Source: a virus
Lineage: Duplodnaviria; Caudoviricetes
Reading direction: 5' to 3' (one strand)
DNA length: 30,758 nt
IMG/VR virus record: IMGVR_UViG_3300006737_000110
Coordinates: 1 to 30,758 of that record
In this document: one piece after another, positions 1 through 9,308 of the stretch
Position numbering within the stretch: position 1 is the stretch's first letter
Layout of the letters: every line of letters starts with the position of its first letter
Program-made: the position numbers and the translations under genes
The notes under the pieces: generated by a model
The model's database searches: none
Seen by the model: only the letters and a program-made list of their open reading frames with translations
What the model was told of the DNA's origin: nothing

Positions 1-1
1 A

Positions 2-175
2 AGACCACTAGTTTTAATATTTCTAGTAGTATCAACAGTATTGTTAGTTTTTATCGATGCTGGTGTTATTGCTTTTGAAGTTAAGGCTTCGTGGGTAGAC
101 TTATTACAATTAGTATTAATAACGGTGATCGGTGCTTATTTTGGCGGCAGATCACTAGAAAAAGTAAAAAAATAA
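2..175 (+). CDS. Partial (5'-truncated) holin, GTA-type 3TM holin-like
   Basis: Not in the ORF track. Frame 2 reads RPLVLIFLVVSTVLLVFIDAGVIAFEVKASWVDLLQLVLITVIGAYFGGRSLEKVKK*. It has two hydrophobic helices, a leading RP and a C-terminal GAYFGGRSLEK, typical of 3TM holin-like phage proteins. Confidence 0.75.
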   Translation, partial: RPLVLIFLVVSTVLLVFIDAGVIAFEVKASWVDLLQLVLITVIGAYFGGRSLEKVKK

Positions 176-179
176 AATT

Positions 180-587
180 ATGGGATCAAAAAGTGATGTA
201 GTAGACTACGGCTTTGGCCAAATGGGTAGTGGGCACGTAGTTGCTCACGGTACTGATGTTTTCGCTCCAAAAGGAAAAGTAATAGTAGCAATAACGTTTC
301 TAGACGACACGTATTTAGACAAGTTAGTTGCTGACACTAGTCACAATACTGGGTCTGCTACTGTTGATAATGGACCAGATGACACGGCGTATTTTGGAAC
401 TGGAACTCAAGTAACTGCTAATGGTGGTGATGGTGAGGCTGGAGGTTACAACTCTGTGACAAGTGTTGCTGTTGCAGCGACTGTTAAATTTCCAAAAGGA
501 GTTACTATATACGGTAGATGGACAGAAGTTTCTATACAAAATACATCTGTTACTGCTAGCGGTATAATTCTTTATTACGGTATATAA
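180..587 (+). CDS. Small beta-rich hypothetical protein, possible virion decoration/fibre-anchor protein
   Basis: 135-aa ORF rich in G/T/V/S, ending FPKGVTIYGRWT...SGIILYYG. Coupled to the next gene by a TAATG overlap. Function inferred from context only. Confidence 0.6.
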   Translation: MGSKSDVVDYGFGQMGSGHVVAHGTDVFAPKGKVIVAITFLDDTYLDKLVADTSHNTGSATVDNGPDDTAYFGTGTQVTANGGDGEAGGYNSVTSVAVAATVKFPKGVTIYGRWTEVSIQNTSVTASGIILYYGI

Positions 588-1501
588 TGCTAGGATTGGG
601 GTCTAATTTAAGCGCTCCTAGTATTGCTAGTGGTGATCTTCAGTGGTCCGCTACTAAATACTTATACTTACCAGGTGCTACCGGTGATTATGCTAGGGTT
701 CAAAGTTTTAGTAATTTTATAAATAGAATATCTGACTCAGGCGATGATGATGTAGCGGACACTATAACAGTGTCTTTCTGGGTAAAACCTTTGTGGGTTA
801 TGGGAAACGTAGGATCTAACCAGCACGTCACAACTGGTGGTGGTACAGCAAACAGCGTTTGGTTTCCTGTTTTTGGTAATACTTCTACAGAAAAAGACAG
901 ACTTAGAATATATTACCACATGGACACAAACACTGGTACCGATAAAAACAGACTGGTAGTGCAAGCTATCGACGCTAGTGGTAATAAGGAAATGGACGAA
1001 GCGTTTATACACTCTACTAACAATAGTATTACTGGAGTAGGATCTTCTTTAACAGGTAGTGGTATAGCTAGTGGTTGGTGGCATAGTGAAAACAAAGGAA
1101 ACGTAAACGGTGACGATTTTGTCCATTTATGCTTTGTTAGATCTTCTGGAGATTGGACTATTTATTGGAACGGCGCGGCTTTAGGATCGTCTGTAGACGT
1201 GGACACCGGAACATTAGACTTTGCAGAAGAAAATGTAGATGAGTTTTGGATAGGAAAATCTTTCTTAAGCCAAGATCACGTTAAAACGGGATATAGAGAT
1301 ATAGCGTATTTTAACGCCGCGCTCAGCGGCACTGAAGTAAGAGAACTATATAACACAGGGGAATTTTTTGACGTTAGAACACATGCTCAGGCAGCTAATT
1401 TGGGCCTTTATTGGCCCTGTCAAGACGCACAAGAATTTTCTGGAGCAGGCGCAAGCGCTGACTTAGATCTTCAAGGAAATTCATCATTTACAGGTTTATA
1501 A
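587..1501 (+). CDS. LamG / concanavalin A-like lectin domain protein (putative virion fibre/adhesin)
   Basis: Motifs ITVSFWVKP, FVHLCFVRSSGDWTIYWNG, RDIAYFNAALSGTEVRELYN and NLGLYWP follow the Laminin_G_3 pattern. N-terminus is MLGLG. Confidence 0.8.
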   Translation: MLGLGSNLSAPSIASGDLQWSATKYLYLPGATGDYARVQSFSNFINRISDSGDDDVADTITVSFWVKPLWVMGNVGSNQHVTTGGGTANSVWFPVFGNTSTEKDRLRIYYHMDTNTGTDKNRLVVQAIDASGNKEMDEAFIHSTNNSITGVGSSLTGSGIASGWWHSENKGNVNGDDFVHLCFVRSSGDWTIYWNGAALGSSVDVDTGTLDFAEENVDEFWIGKSFLSQDHVKTGYRDIAYFNAALSGTEVRELYNTGEFFDVRTHAQAANLGLYWPCQDAQEFSGAGASADLDLQGNSSFTGL

Positions 1502-1502
1502 C

Positions 1503-2192
1503 ATGTTAGGATTAGGAAATGCAATTACAGGAGGAGCGGCCTCAGGAGAAACACCATGGGCAGTTACTGATTTAAGTGATTTAGCTCATTGGTTTAAATA
1601 CAACACAGGGATAACGTTAAGTTCAGGTGATGATGTAGAGACGTGGGGTGATAGTTATGGTAGTGAAACTTTCACTTTAGACGCTGGAAAAGTTTGGAAG
1701 AACAATGGGGATTTAGATTTTATAGCAGGTACTTCTGGCGGTAGAATGGAACTCGATGGCACTTGGGACCCTGGAAGTTTTTCTGCTTATTTAGTTTTAA
1801 GATTAACCGTTGCAACCGCAGCGAACGAAGAGATTATGAACTCTGGTAATAACGACTTCATTAGACTTAATAATTCTACGACGGCAAGAATTAAAATAGG
1901 AAACGTAACATCGAACAACATGGCGCTTCCTGGCGATGAAATAACACAAAACACTTGGTTTGTTCTTGGGATAGAATGGGATGGAACTACTATAAAAATT
2001 TATCAAGACACTGATTACGCTAACCCAACAACAGCTACCGATACTGATACTTTTGCGGGAATAAAAAACTTGGGACTAAGAGGTAATCAGTGGGGAGGAC
2101 AAATGAGAGAAGTGGTATTTATTAACGACGTATTAAGTGATTCAGATAGAGAAAACTTAATGACTCATTTAAAAACTATACGAGACATATAA
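1503..2192 (+). CDS. Second LamG/ConA-like beta-sandwich protein (putative virion fibre/adhesin)
   Basis: Motifs LAHWF, VETWGDS, WFVLGIEWDGTTIKIY and GQMREVVFINDVLSDSDRENLMTHL resemble phage LamG-like domains. N-terminus is MLGLG. Confidence 0.7.
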   Translation: MLGLGNAITGGAASGETPWAVTDLSDLAHWFKYNTGITLSSGDDVETWGDSYGSETFTLDAGKVWKNNGDLDFIAGTSGGRMELDGTWDPGSFSAYLVLRLTVATAANEEIMNSGNNDFIRLNNSTTARIKIGNVTSNNMALPGDEITQNTWFVLGIEWDGTTIKIYQDTDYANPTTATDTDTFAGIKNLGLRGNQWGGQMREVVFINDVLSDSDRENLMTHLKTIRDI

Positions 2193-2212
2193 TAACAATT
2201 AAATTAAATAAA

Positions 2213-2470
2213 ATGGCAAAAACAAAAAAGGCTAAAAAGCCTCAAAAAATCAATCTAGATCACCTAGATAAATTACAAAGCGTTGTAAACGAAATAAACA
2301 AAGCACAAATGCAAATTGGTATATTCCAAACAAACATACATAATCTACTGCATCACGTTGCTGGAAAAAACGATGAACTAACTTTTATAAAAACTGAGCT
2401 CGAAAAAGAATACGGAACTGCTGATGTAAATATTTTAGACGGTACGATAAATTACGATGAGGTTAATTAG
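2213..2470 (+). CDS. Hypothetical protein with coiled coil
   Basis: 85-aa ORF with an A-rich leader (AATTAAATTAAATAAAATG), heptad-like middle and C-terminal EKEYGTADVNILDGTI. Confidence 0.7.
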   Translation: MAKTKKAKKPQKINLDHLDKLQSVVNEINKAQMQIGIFQTNIHNLLHHVAGKNDELTFIKTELEKEYGTADVNILDGTINYDEVN

Positions 2471-2675
2471 GAAGATTACAATAGGAAAAGACTACAAAAA
2501 CGATGCCATGCATTATGCTGTTGGTCAAGAAGTTTACGGTGGACACACGATATCTGATATAATAGAAGAAAAAGATAAGTATTCTGTTTATATTAAAAAG
2601 AAAAAAGACGTGTTGCCTTGGAAAGACTTCAACAAGAACATGGCAATATCAATAGAGTATAATTTAGAATACTAA
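2457..2675 (+). CDS. Small hypothetical phage protein
   Basis: 72-aa ORF overlapping the upstream gene by 14 nt and coupled to the downstream gene by TAATG. Confidence 0.7.
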   Translation: MRLIRKITIGKDYKNDAMHYAVGQEVYGGHTISDIIEEKDKYSVYIKKKKDVLPWKDFNKNMAISIEYNLEY

Positions 2676-3277
2676 TGAAAGCGCCTTTTGACTTTGTTAT
2701 AGAGCCAAAAGGAAATAGATATAACAATACCACAAAAATTGGAGATAAAGATCTTATATTGAACACCGAGATATTTAATCATCAATTTGTAAATAGAGAG
2801 GCTATTGTTAGATCCATTCCTACGGCTTTTGAAACAGAGATAAAACCTGGAGACACCATCGTCACGCACCACAACGTGTTTAGACGCTGGCATGATGTTA
2901 GAGGTAACGAAAAGAACAGTAGAAGCTACTTTAACGAAAACACCTATCTTGTGAAAGAAGACCAAGTGTTTTTATATAAAAGAGATGGAAGTTGGAAAGC
3001 TCCGAAAGGATACTGTTTTGTACAACCTATAAAAGAAAGAAACTCACTAAGAGTAGACAAGGAAGAATCTTGTATAGGCATAATAAAATACACAGACGGA
3101 ACGTATGAAAAAGAAGATTTAGTAGGTTTTACACCTTTTTCAACATACGAGTTTGTAGTAGATGGAAAGAGACTATATAGAGTTATGACACAATTTATTA
3201 CAATTAAATATGAATATCAAGGAAACGAAGAAGAATATAATCCAAGCTGGGCAGAGAGCAGTGGAGGAGTTGATTAA
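2675..3277 (+). CDS. GroES/Cpn10-like co-chaperonin, apparently two tandem domains
   Basis: Half 1 reads KAPFDFVIEP...AIVRSIP...EIKPGDTIV...YLVKEDQV. Half 2 reads KAPKGYCFVQPI...GIIKY...EDLVGF...YEFVVDGKRLYRV. Both echo the GroES pattern (PL.DRVLV...VK.GD.V...E...DG..Y.I). Confidence 0.6.
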   Translation: MKAPFDFVIEPKGNRYNNTTKIGDKDLILNTEIFNHQFVNREAIVRSIPTAFETEIKPGDTIVTHHNVFRRWHDVRGNEKNSRSYFNENTYLVKEDQVFLYKRDGSWKAPKGYCFVQPIKERNSLRVDKEESCIGIIKYTDGTYEKEDLVGFTPFSTYEFVVDGKRLYRVMTQFITIKYEYQGNEEEYNPSWAESSGGVD

Positions 3278-3485
3278 AGTCGCTAAAGAACCTATTGTAG
3301 ATTCAGACGACGATATATCAGCTGATAGGTTAAAAAATGCCGCAGCTACTAAAAAACTAGCTATATTTGACGCATTTGAAATACTCACAAGAATCCAAGA
3401 AGAAGAAAACCTGCTTGAGGGCAAAGCACCTGAAGAGGGAAAGAAAAAAGTCTTTAAAGGATTCGCAGAAGGTAGATCTAAGTAA
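3210..3485 (+). CDS. Candidate terminase small subunit / conserved helical protein
   Basis: 91-aa helical-looking ORF directly upstream of TerL and coupled to it by TAATG. The call is positional only. Confidence 0.45.
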   Translation: MNIKETKKNIIQAGQRAVEELIKVAKEPIVDSDDDISADRLKNAAATKKLAIFDAFEILTRIQEEENLLEGKAPEEGKKKVFKGFAEGRSK

Positions 3486-5701
3486 TGTACAAGCAAAGTT
3501 TAGTTAAGACCGTAGAGCCCATTAAAAAAACCACGATCACTAGAATGAATCGAGGCAAGAAATGGAAGTACGGATACAATAAAGAACACGACTTAATTGT
3601 GTTATCACACAATGGAGTTATAGGTGAAATTATAGAGATACAAAATTTAATTATAGCGCTACCGAAACCACCTAAAGAAGTATATACGCATCCAAAGAAT
3701 AAATGGGTTAAGCAGGAATATCCTAAAGAGCTCCAGAGGATCAAAAACATATTCGATTGGAGGGGTTATCCGGAAAACAATAAAGAAAAATGGTACGATT
3801 ACATAGACGAAGAATTTAAACGACGAGAGGAGGGTTTCTGGTTTATGAATAATGGTAAACCAACCTGGATAACCGGTACGCACTATATGTATTTACAATG
3901 GAGTAAAATTGATGTTGGAGCTCCAGATTATAGAGAGGCAAATAGATTATTCTTTATATTTTGGGAGGCCTGTAAAGCAGACAAAAGATGCTATGGTATG
4001 TGCTATCTTAAAAACCGTAGATCAGGATTTTCTTTCATGTCGTCGGCGGAAACAGTTAATTTAGCCACTATATCAAGTGATAGTAGATATGGTATATTGT
4101 CAAAAACTGGTGCAGATGCGAAAAAAATGTTTACAGATAAAGTTGTTCCTATATCGATTAATTATCCGTTCTTTTTTAAACCTATCCAAGATGGTATGGA
4201 TCGGCCAAAATCCGAACTTGCTTACAGAGTACCTGCTAGTAAGTTTACAAGAAAGAAGATCACGTCGAATGAGCAGCTCGAAGATATTAAAGGACTAGAT
4301 ACGACTATAGACTGGAAAAACACAGGAGACAACAGTTATGATGGTGAAAAATTAAACTTATTAGTGCACGATGAAAGCGGTAAATGGGAAAGACCAGACA
4401 ATATATTAAACAACTGGAGGGTTACAAAAACCTGTTTAAGATTAGGTAGTAGAATAGTAGGAAAATGTATGATGGGCTCAACTTCTAACGCCCTTGACAA
4501 AGGAGGAGACAACTTTAAAAAACTATACAATGCTTCAGATGTTACCTCAAGAAATCGTAATGGACAAACAAAATCTGGTTTATATTCTTTGTTTATCCCA
4601 ATGGAATGGAACTACGAAGGATTTATTGACGAATACGGATATCCAGTTTTTAATAGTCCAGATAATGATGTACTCGGACCAGATGGTGAATTAATAGATT
4701 ACGGTATAATAGAACACTGGGAAAACGAAGTTGAAGGGTTAAAATCTGATCACGATGGCTTAAACGAGTTTTATAGACAGTTTCCAAGAACAACAGAGCA
4801 CGCGTTTAGGGATGAGGCTAAAAACAGTATATTTAATCTAGTTAAACTTTACGAGCAAATAGATTACAACGAAGGAGTAGGTAGCGTTGCGAATATAAGC
4901 ACTGGAAATTTCCAATGGGTTAATGGAGTGAAAGACACGCAAGTTATATTTTATCCAGATCCAAAAGGTAGGTTTAAAATAAGTTGGACGCCACCTCAAC
5001 ATTTACAAAACAAGAGTATAGAAAAGAAAGGGATAAAATACCCAGCAAATGAACACATGGGAGCCTTTGGGTGCGATAGTTACGACATATCAGGAACAGT
5101 AGACGGAAGAGGATCAAACGGAGCATTACACGGTTTAACTAAGTTTTCAATGGAAGACGCCCCTCCAAATCAGTTCTTTTTAGAATATGTAGCAAGACCA
5201 CAAACAGCGGAGATATTCTTTGAAGATGTATTGATGGCATGTGTGTTTTATGGTATGCCTTTATTGTGTGAGAACAACAAACCTAGACTTTTGTATCACT
5301 TTAGAAGAAGAGGTTATAGAGGTTACTCTATGAACAGACCGGACAAGTTATGGAACAAACTTTCTGTAGCTGAAAAAGAAATAGGTGGGATACCAAACTC
5401 AAGTGAAGACATCAAGCAGGCTCACGCTGCTGCTATTGAAATGTATGTACAGAGTCACGTTGGTCATTTAGGCGATGGTAATTATGGTGCTATGTACTTT
5501 AATAGAACGCTAAATGACTGGGCTAGATTTGACATAACAAAAAGAACAAAGTTCGATGCTACTATTAGTTCCGGACTAGCCATAATGGCTTGCAATAGGC
5601 ATTTGTATAGACCTAACGCGAAAATTGAAAAACCAAAATTAAACATAAACATTGCTAAGTACTCAAATAGAGGTGATGTTTCAAGAATAATCAAAAATTA
5701 A
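3485..5701 (+). CDS. terL: Terminase large subunit
   Basis: Walker A-like YLKNRRSGFS, Walker B LLVHDESGKW, motif III-like GSTSN, QFPRTTEHAF and nuclease acidic motif AFGCDSYD. Lies immediately upstream of the portal. Confidence 0.93.
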   Translation: MYKQSLVKTVEPIKKTTITRMNRGKKWKYGYNKEHDLIVLSHNGVIGEIIEIQNLIIALPKPPKEVYTHPKNKWVKQEYPKELQRIKNIFDWRGYPENNKEKWYDYIDEEFKRREEGFWFMNNGKPTWITGTHYMYLQWSKIDVGAPDYREANRLFFIFWEACKADKRCYGMCYLKNRRSGFSFMSSAETVNLATISSDSRYGILSKTGADAKKMFTDKVVPISINYPFFFKPIQDGMDRPKSELAYRVPASKFTRKKITSNEQLEDIKGLDTTIDWKNTGDNSYDGEKLNLLVHDESGKWERPDNILNNWRVTKTCLRLGSRIVGKCMMGSTSNALDKGGDNFKKLYNASDVTSRNRNGQTKSGLYSLFIPMEWNYEGFIDEYGYPVFNSPDNDVLGPDGELIDYGIIEHWENEVEGLKSDHDGLNEFYRQFPRTTEHAFRDEAKNSIFNLVKLYEQIDYNEGVGSVANISTGNFQWVNGVKDTQVIFYPDPKGRFKISWTPPQHLQNKSIEKKGIKYPANEHMGAFGCDSYDISGTVDGRGSNGALHGLTKFSMEDAPPNQFFLEYVARPQTAEIFFEDVLMACVFYGMPLLCENNKPRLLYHFRRRGYRGYSMNRPDKLWNKLSVAEKEIGGIPNSSEDIKQAHAAAIEMYVQSHVGHLGDGNYGAMYFNRTLNDWARFDITKRTKFDATISSGLAIMACNRHLYRPNAKIEKPKLNINIAKYSNRGDVSRIIKN

Positions 5702-5703
5702 AT

Positions 5704-8124
5704 ATGGCTGGAGTTATTAAAAATATTTTTCCAAGTCAAGTTGCTAAAGATTCTGAGAAAAGAAGTTTAGAATATGGCTTGAAAGTTGGTAAAGCAATTG
5801 AAAACGAATGGTTTTCAAATAGTCATGGTTATCATGGTAGCAATAGATATGCTAACAATAAAAATAATTACCACACTTTAAGACTATATGCTAGAGGAGA
5901 ACAATCTATACAAAAGTATAAAAATGAATTATCTATAAACGGTGACTTAAGCTACTTAAACTTAGATTGGAAACCAGTGCCTATTATATCTAAGTTCGTA
6001 GATATTGTTGTTAATGGCATCTCAGAGAGAATGTACAGTGTGAAAGCTTACGCGCAAGACCAGTATGGAGTGAGTAAGCGCTCTGCGTATATGGAGTCTT
6101 TAATGGGAGATTTACAAACGGTAGAACTAAATGAATTAGCGAAAAGTATTGGAATTAATCTTAATGAAAACGAAGGGCCAGACTTACCAAGGACGAAAGA
6201 AGAACTAGATCTATACATGCAATTAACGTATAAACAAGGTGTTGAAATAGCAGAGGAACAAGCAATCAACATGTTGATGGAAGGTAATAGGTATGAGTTA
6301 ACAAAAAAGAGGGTTAATTACGATTTAACTGTCTTAGGTATTGGAGCGGTAAAAACATCTTTTAATACTTCTCAAGGTGTTACTATAGACTATGTTGATC
6401 CAGCTAATTTGGTTTACTCTTACACAGAGTCTCCGTATTTTGAAGATATATATTACGTTGGAGAGGTTAAAAGCATACCTATCAATGAATTGAAAAAACA
6501 ATTTCCACTACTTACTGACGTTGAGTTAAAAGAAATATCACAAGGAAAAAGCACTAGAAATAGATATATGAACAATATACAAACTGGTGACGAAGATAAT
6601 AACAAGGTTCAAGTTCTCTACTTTAATTATAAAACCTATATGAATCAGGTTTATAAAATGAAAGAAACAAAAACAGGAGGAACTAAAGCTATTAAAAAAG
6701 ACGATAACTTTAACCCACCTGAAGACAAAAAAGGAGACTTTGGTAAACTAAATAAATGTATAGAAGTTTTATTTGACGGAGCTATGATAGTTGGTACTGA
6801 TAAACTTTTGAAATGGGAAATGGCTAAAAACATGATGAGGCCAAAAAGTGATTATACTAAAGTTAAAATGAATTACGCTATAGTTGCGCCGAGAATGTAT
6901 AACGGTAAAATCGAATCGCTAGTTAGTAGAATAACTGGTTTCGCTGACATGATTCAACTTACACACTTAAAGTTACAACAAGTTTTATCTAAAATGGTTC
7001 CTGATGGTGTTTATTTAGATGCCGATGGGTTAGCTGAGATTGACTTAGGTAATGGTACAAATTATAATCCACAAGAAGCGTTAAACATGTTCTTCCAAAC
7101 GGGTAGTGTAATCGGTAGAAGTTTTACTTCAGAAGGCGATATGAATCCTGGTAAAATACCTATTCAAGAAATATCTAGCGGTAGTGGTGGCCAAAAACTA
7201 CAAAGTCTAATACAGACATACAACTATTATCTACAAATGATAAGAGATGTAACCGGGCTAAACGAGGCGTCAGATGGTTCTAAGCCTGAAAAATACTCAT
7301 TAGTTGGTGTTCAAAAGCTAGCGGCAGCAAACTCTAACACAGCGACAAGACATATATTACAAGCTGGTTTATTTTTAACATCTGAAACCGCAGAGGCTTT
7401 ATCACTTAGAATATCTGATATTATAGAGTATTCTCCTACTAGAAACGCGTTTATACAAGCCTTAGGTGCTCACAACGTTTCTACACTTGAAGAAATGTCT
7501 CAATTACACTTATATGACTTTGGAATATTTATAGAACTTTCTCCAGACGAAGAACAAAAAGCTATGCTTGAAAATAATATACAAGTAGCTTTAGCACAAC
7601 AAACAATAGAACTTGAAGACGCGATAGATCTTAGAGAGGTTAAAAATGTAAAGTTAGCTAATCAACTTTTAAAAGTTAGAAGAAAGATTAAAATGGAGAA
7701 AGATCAAGTTAAACAAATGCAACTCCAACAGTCTCAAGCCCAAGCTAACATTCAGCAACAACAAGCTGCTGCTCAAATGGAAATGCAAAAAGAACAAACT
7801 AAAACACAAAGCGTAATTCAAATTGAAGAATTTAAAGCTAACTTAGAGTCTAGTAAAATGATGCAAGAAGCTCAAATTAAAAAAGAACTTTTACAGTTAG
7901 AGTTTGAAAACGACATGAGATTAAAACAAGCGGAAATCTCAAGAATGAACAACGCAGACGTTGAAAAAGAAGACAGAAAAGATAAAAGAACAAAGATTCA
8001 AGCTACGCAGCAATCAAAAATGATAGAGCAAAGACAAGATAAAGCTCCTGCTAAGAACTTTGAACAAGAAGAACAGTCACCGTTTGATCAAGATAGAGTT
8101 CAATCGATGATGAACAATATGTAA
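5704..8124 (+). CDS. Portal protein
   Basis: 806 aa between TerL and scaffold/capsid genes. Contains PIISKFVDIVVNG, IRDVTGLNEASDG and YDFGIFIE, plus a long Q-rich C-terminal coiled coil like a P22-type portal barrel. Confidence 0.88.
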   Translation: MAGVIKNIFPSQVAKDSEKRSLEYGLKVGKAIENEWFSNSHGYHGSNRYANNKNNYHTLRLYARGEQSIQKYKNELSINGDLSYLNLDWKPVPIISKFVDIVVNGISERMYSVKAYAQDQYGVSKRSAYMESLMGDLQTVELNELAKSIGINLNENEGPDLPRTKEELDLYMQLTYKQGVEIAEEQAINMLMEGNRYELTKKRVNYDLTVLGIGAVKTSFNTSQGVTIDYVDPANLVYSYTESPYFEDIYYVGEVKSIPINELKKQFPLLTDVELKEISQGKSTRNRYMNNIQTGDEDNNKVQVLYFNYKTYMNQVYKMKETKTGGTKAIKKDDNFNPPEDKKGDFGKLNKCIEVLFDGAMIVGTDKLLKWEMAKNMMRPKSDYTKVKMNYAIVAPRMYNGKIESLVSRITGFADMIQLTHLKLQQVLSKMVPDGVYLDADGLAEIDLGNGTNYNPQEALNMFFQTGSVIGRSFTSEGDMNPGKIPIQEISSGSGGQKLQSLIQTYNYYLQMIRDVTGLNEASDGSKPEKYSLVGVQKLAAANSNTATRHILQAGLFLTSETAEALSLRISDIIEYSPTRNAFIQALGAHNVSTLEEMSQLHLYDFGIFIELSPDEEQKAMLENNIQVALAQQTIELEDAIDLREVKNVKLANQLLKVRRKIKMEKDQVKQMQLQQSQAQANIQQQQAAAQMEMQKEQTKTQSVIQIEEFKANLESSKMMQEAQIKKELLQLEFENDMRLKQAEISRMNNADVEKEDRKDKRTKIQATQQSKMIEQRQDKAPAKNFEQEEQSPFDQDRVQSMMNNM

Positions 8125-8127
8125 CAT

Positions 8128-8155
8128 TTATTAATTATTATTATATTTTATTATG
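8128..8155 (+). promoter_or_regulatory. AT-only translation-initiation leader of the scaffold gene, near-duplicate of the leader at 10791-10819
   Basis: TTATTAATTATTATTATATTTTATTATG compared with TTATTAATTTTATTATATATTATATTATG. Neither has a Shine-Dalgarno sequence. Confidence 0.5.
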
Positions 8156-9283
8156 AAAGAAGAAAAACAAAAACCGGCAGTAGCCGAAGAACCTAAAGTA
8201 GACAATACTGTTGAAAAATTAAAGGTTAAAAAATCTAAACCAAAAAAGTTTTCTAAACAACCAGAAAACAATACTACTAAAGTAGATTTAAAAGATCTAG
8301 CAGCAAAAGCAGAAGAGGTAACAAAAGTAAACTTAGACAAACCTGTAGAAGAAATAAAACAAGTTGAAGAACCTAAAGTTGAAAAACCTGTAGAGACGCC
8401 GTTGTTAGAAGAAGTTACAAAAGAAAAAAAGGAAGTTAAAAAAGTTCCAGAACCTCCTAAGGTTGTTTTACCAGAAAACGTTCAAAAGTTAATGAGCTTC
8501 ATGAATGACACTGGTGGAGATATTAATGACTACGTTAAACTTAATACAGATTACTCTGATTTAGATAACGATACTCTTCTTAGAGAATACTATAAAACAA
8601 CAAAGCCACACTTAACAAACGAAGAAGTTGACTTTGTTATACAGGACAAGTTTTTATACGACGAAGACACTGAAGAAGAGTTAGACATAAAAAGAAAAAA
8701 ATTAGCCTTGAAGGAGCAAGTTGCTCAGGCAAGGAACCACTTAGACGGGTTAAAGTCTAAATACTATGAAGATTTAAAAGCTGGAAGTAGATTAACAGAA
8801 GATCAGCAGAACGCTATTGAATTCTTCAACAAATACAACGAGGAATCAGCTACAGGACAAAAGATGACCGAAATATTTTTGGATAAAACTAATAATGTTT
8901 TTAATGACGAGTTTAAAGGATTTGAATACAAAGTTGGTGACAAGGTATATAGGTACAACGTAAACAACGCTGAAGAGATTAAAAATTCTCAAACTGATAT
9001 TAATAATTTTGTAGGAAAGTTTCTGAACGAAAATAACGAAATGTCAGACGCAGAGGGTTATCACAAGTCTCTATACACAGCAATGAACGCGGACTCTATA
9101 GCTAATCATTTCTACGAGCAAGGAAAAGCAGACGCACTAAGAGATAGCGTTGCAAACGCTAAAAATGTGAGTATGGATCCTAGACAATCGCACGGCGAAA
9201 ATGTCGAGGCTGGAGGAATGAAGTTTAGAGCATTAGATGACGATGGTGGTTATTCTAAGTTTACATTCAAAAAAACAAAATAA
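8153..9283 (+). CDS. Putative capsid scaffolding protein
   Basis: K/E/P-rich disordered N-terminus and acidic helical body with HFYEQGKADA. Located between portal and major capsid genes. Confidence 0.7.
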   Translation: MKEEKQKPAVAEEPKVDNTVEKLKVKKSKPKKFSKQPENNTTKVDLKDLAAKAEEVTKVNLDKPVEEIKQVEEPKVEKPVETPLLEEVTKEKKEVKKVPEPPKVVLPENVQKLMSFMNDTGGDINDYVKLNTDYSDLDNDTLLREYYKTTKPHLTNEEVDFVIQDKFLYDEDTEEELDIKRKKLALKEQVAQARNHLDGLKSKYYEDLKAGSRLTEDQQNAIEFFNKYNEESATGQKMTEIFLDKTNNVFNDEFKGFEYKVGDKVYRYNVNNAEEIKNSQTDINNFVGKFLNENNEMSDAEGYHKSLYTAMNADSIANHFYEQGKADALRDSVANAKNVSMDPRQSHGENVEAGGMKFRALDDDGGYSKFTFKKTK

Positions 9284-9308
9284 ATATTAATTTAAAAAAT
9301 TACAAAAA

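Noticed and set aside
587-2192. Diversity-generating retroelement target/template pair in the lectin genes
   Set aside because: I saw no near-identical repeat differing at adenines and no reverse transcriptase in the window.
7700-8460. Q-rich and K/E/P-rich repeats (e.g. GAAGAACCTAAAGT twice in the scaffold) as a repeat array or CRISPR
   Set aside because: These are protein-level low complexity (portal coiled coil, scaffold N-terminus) with no regular repeat-spacer structure.
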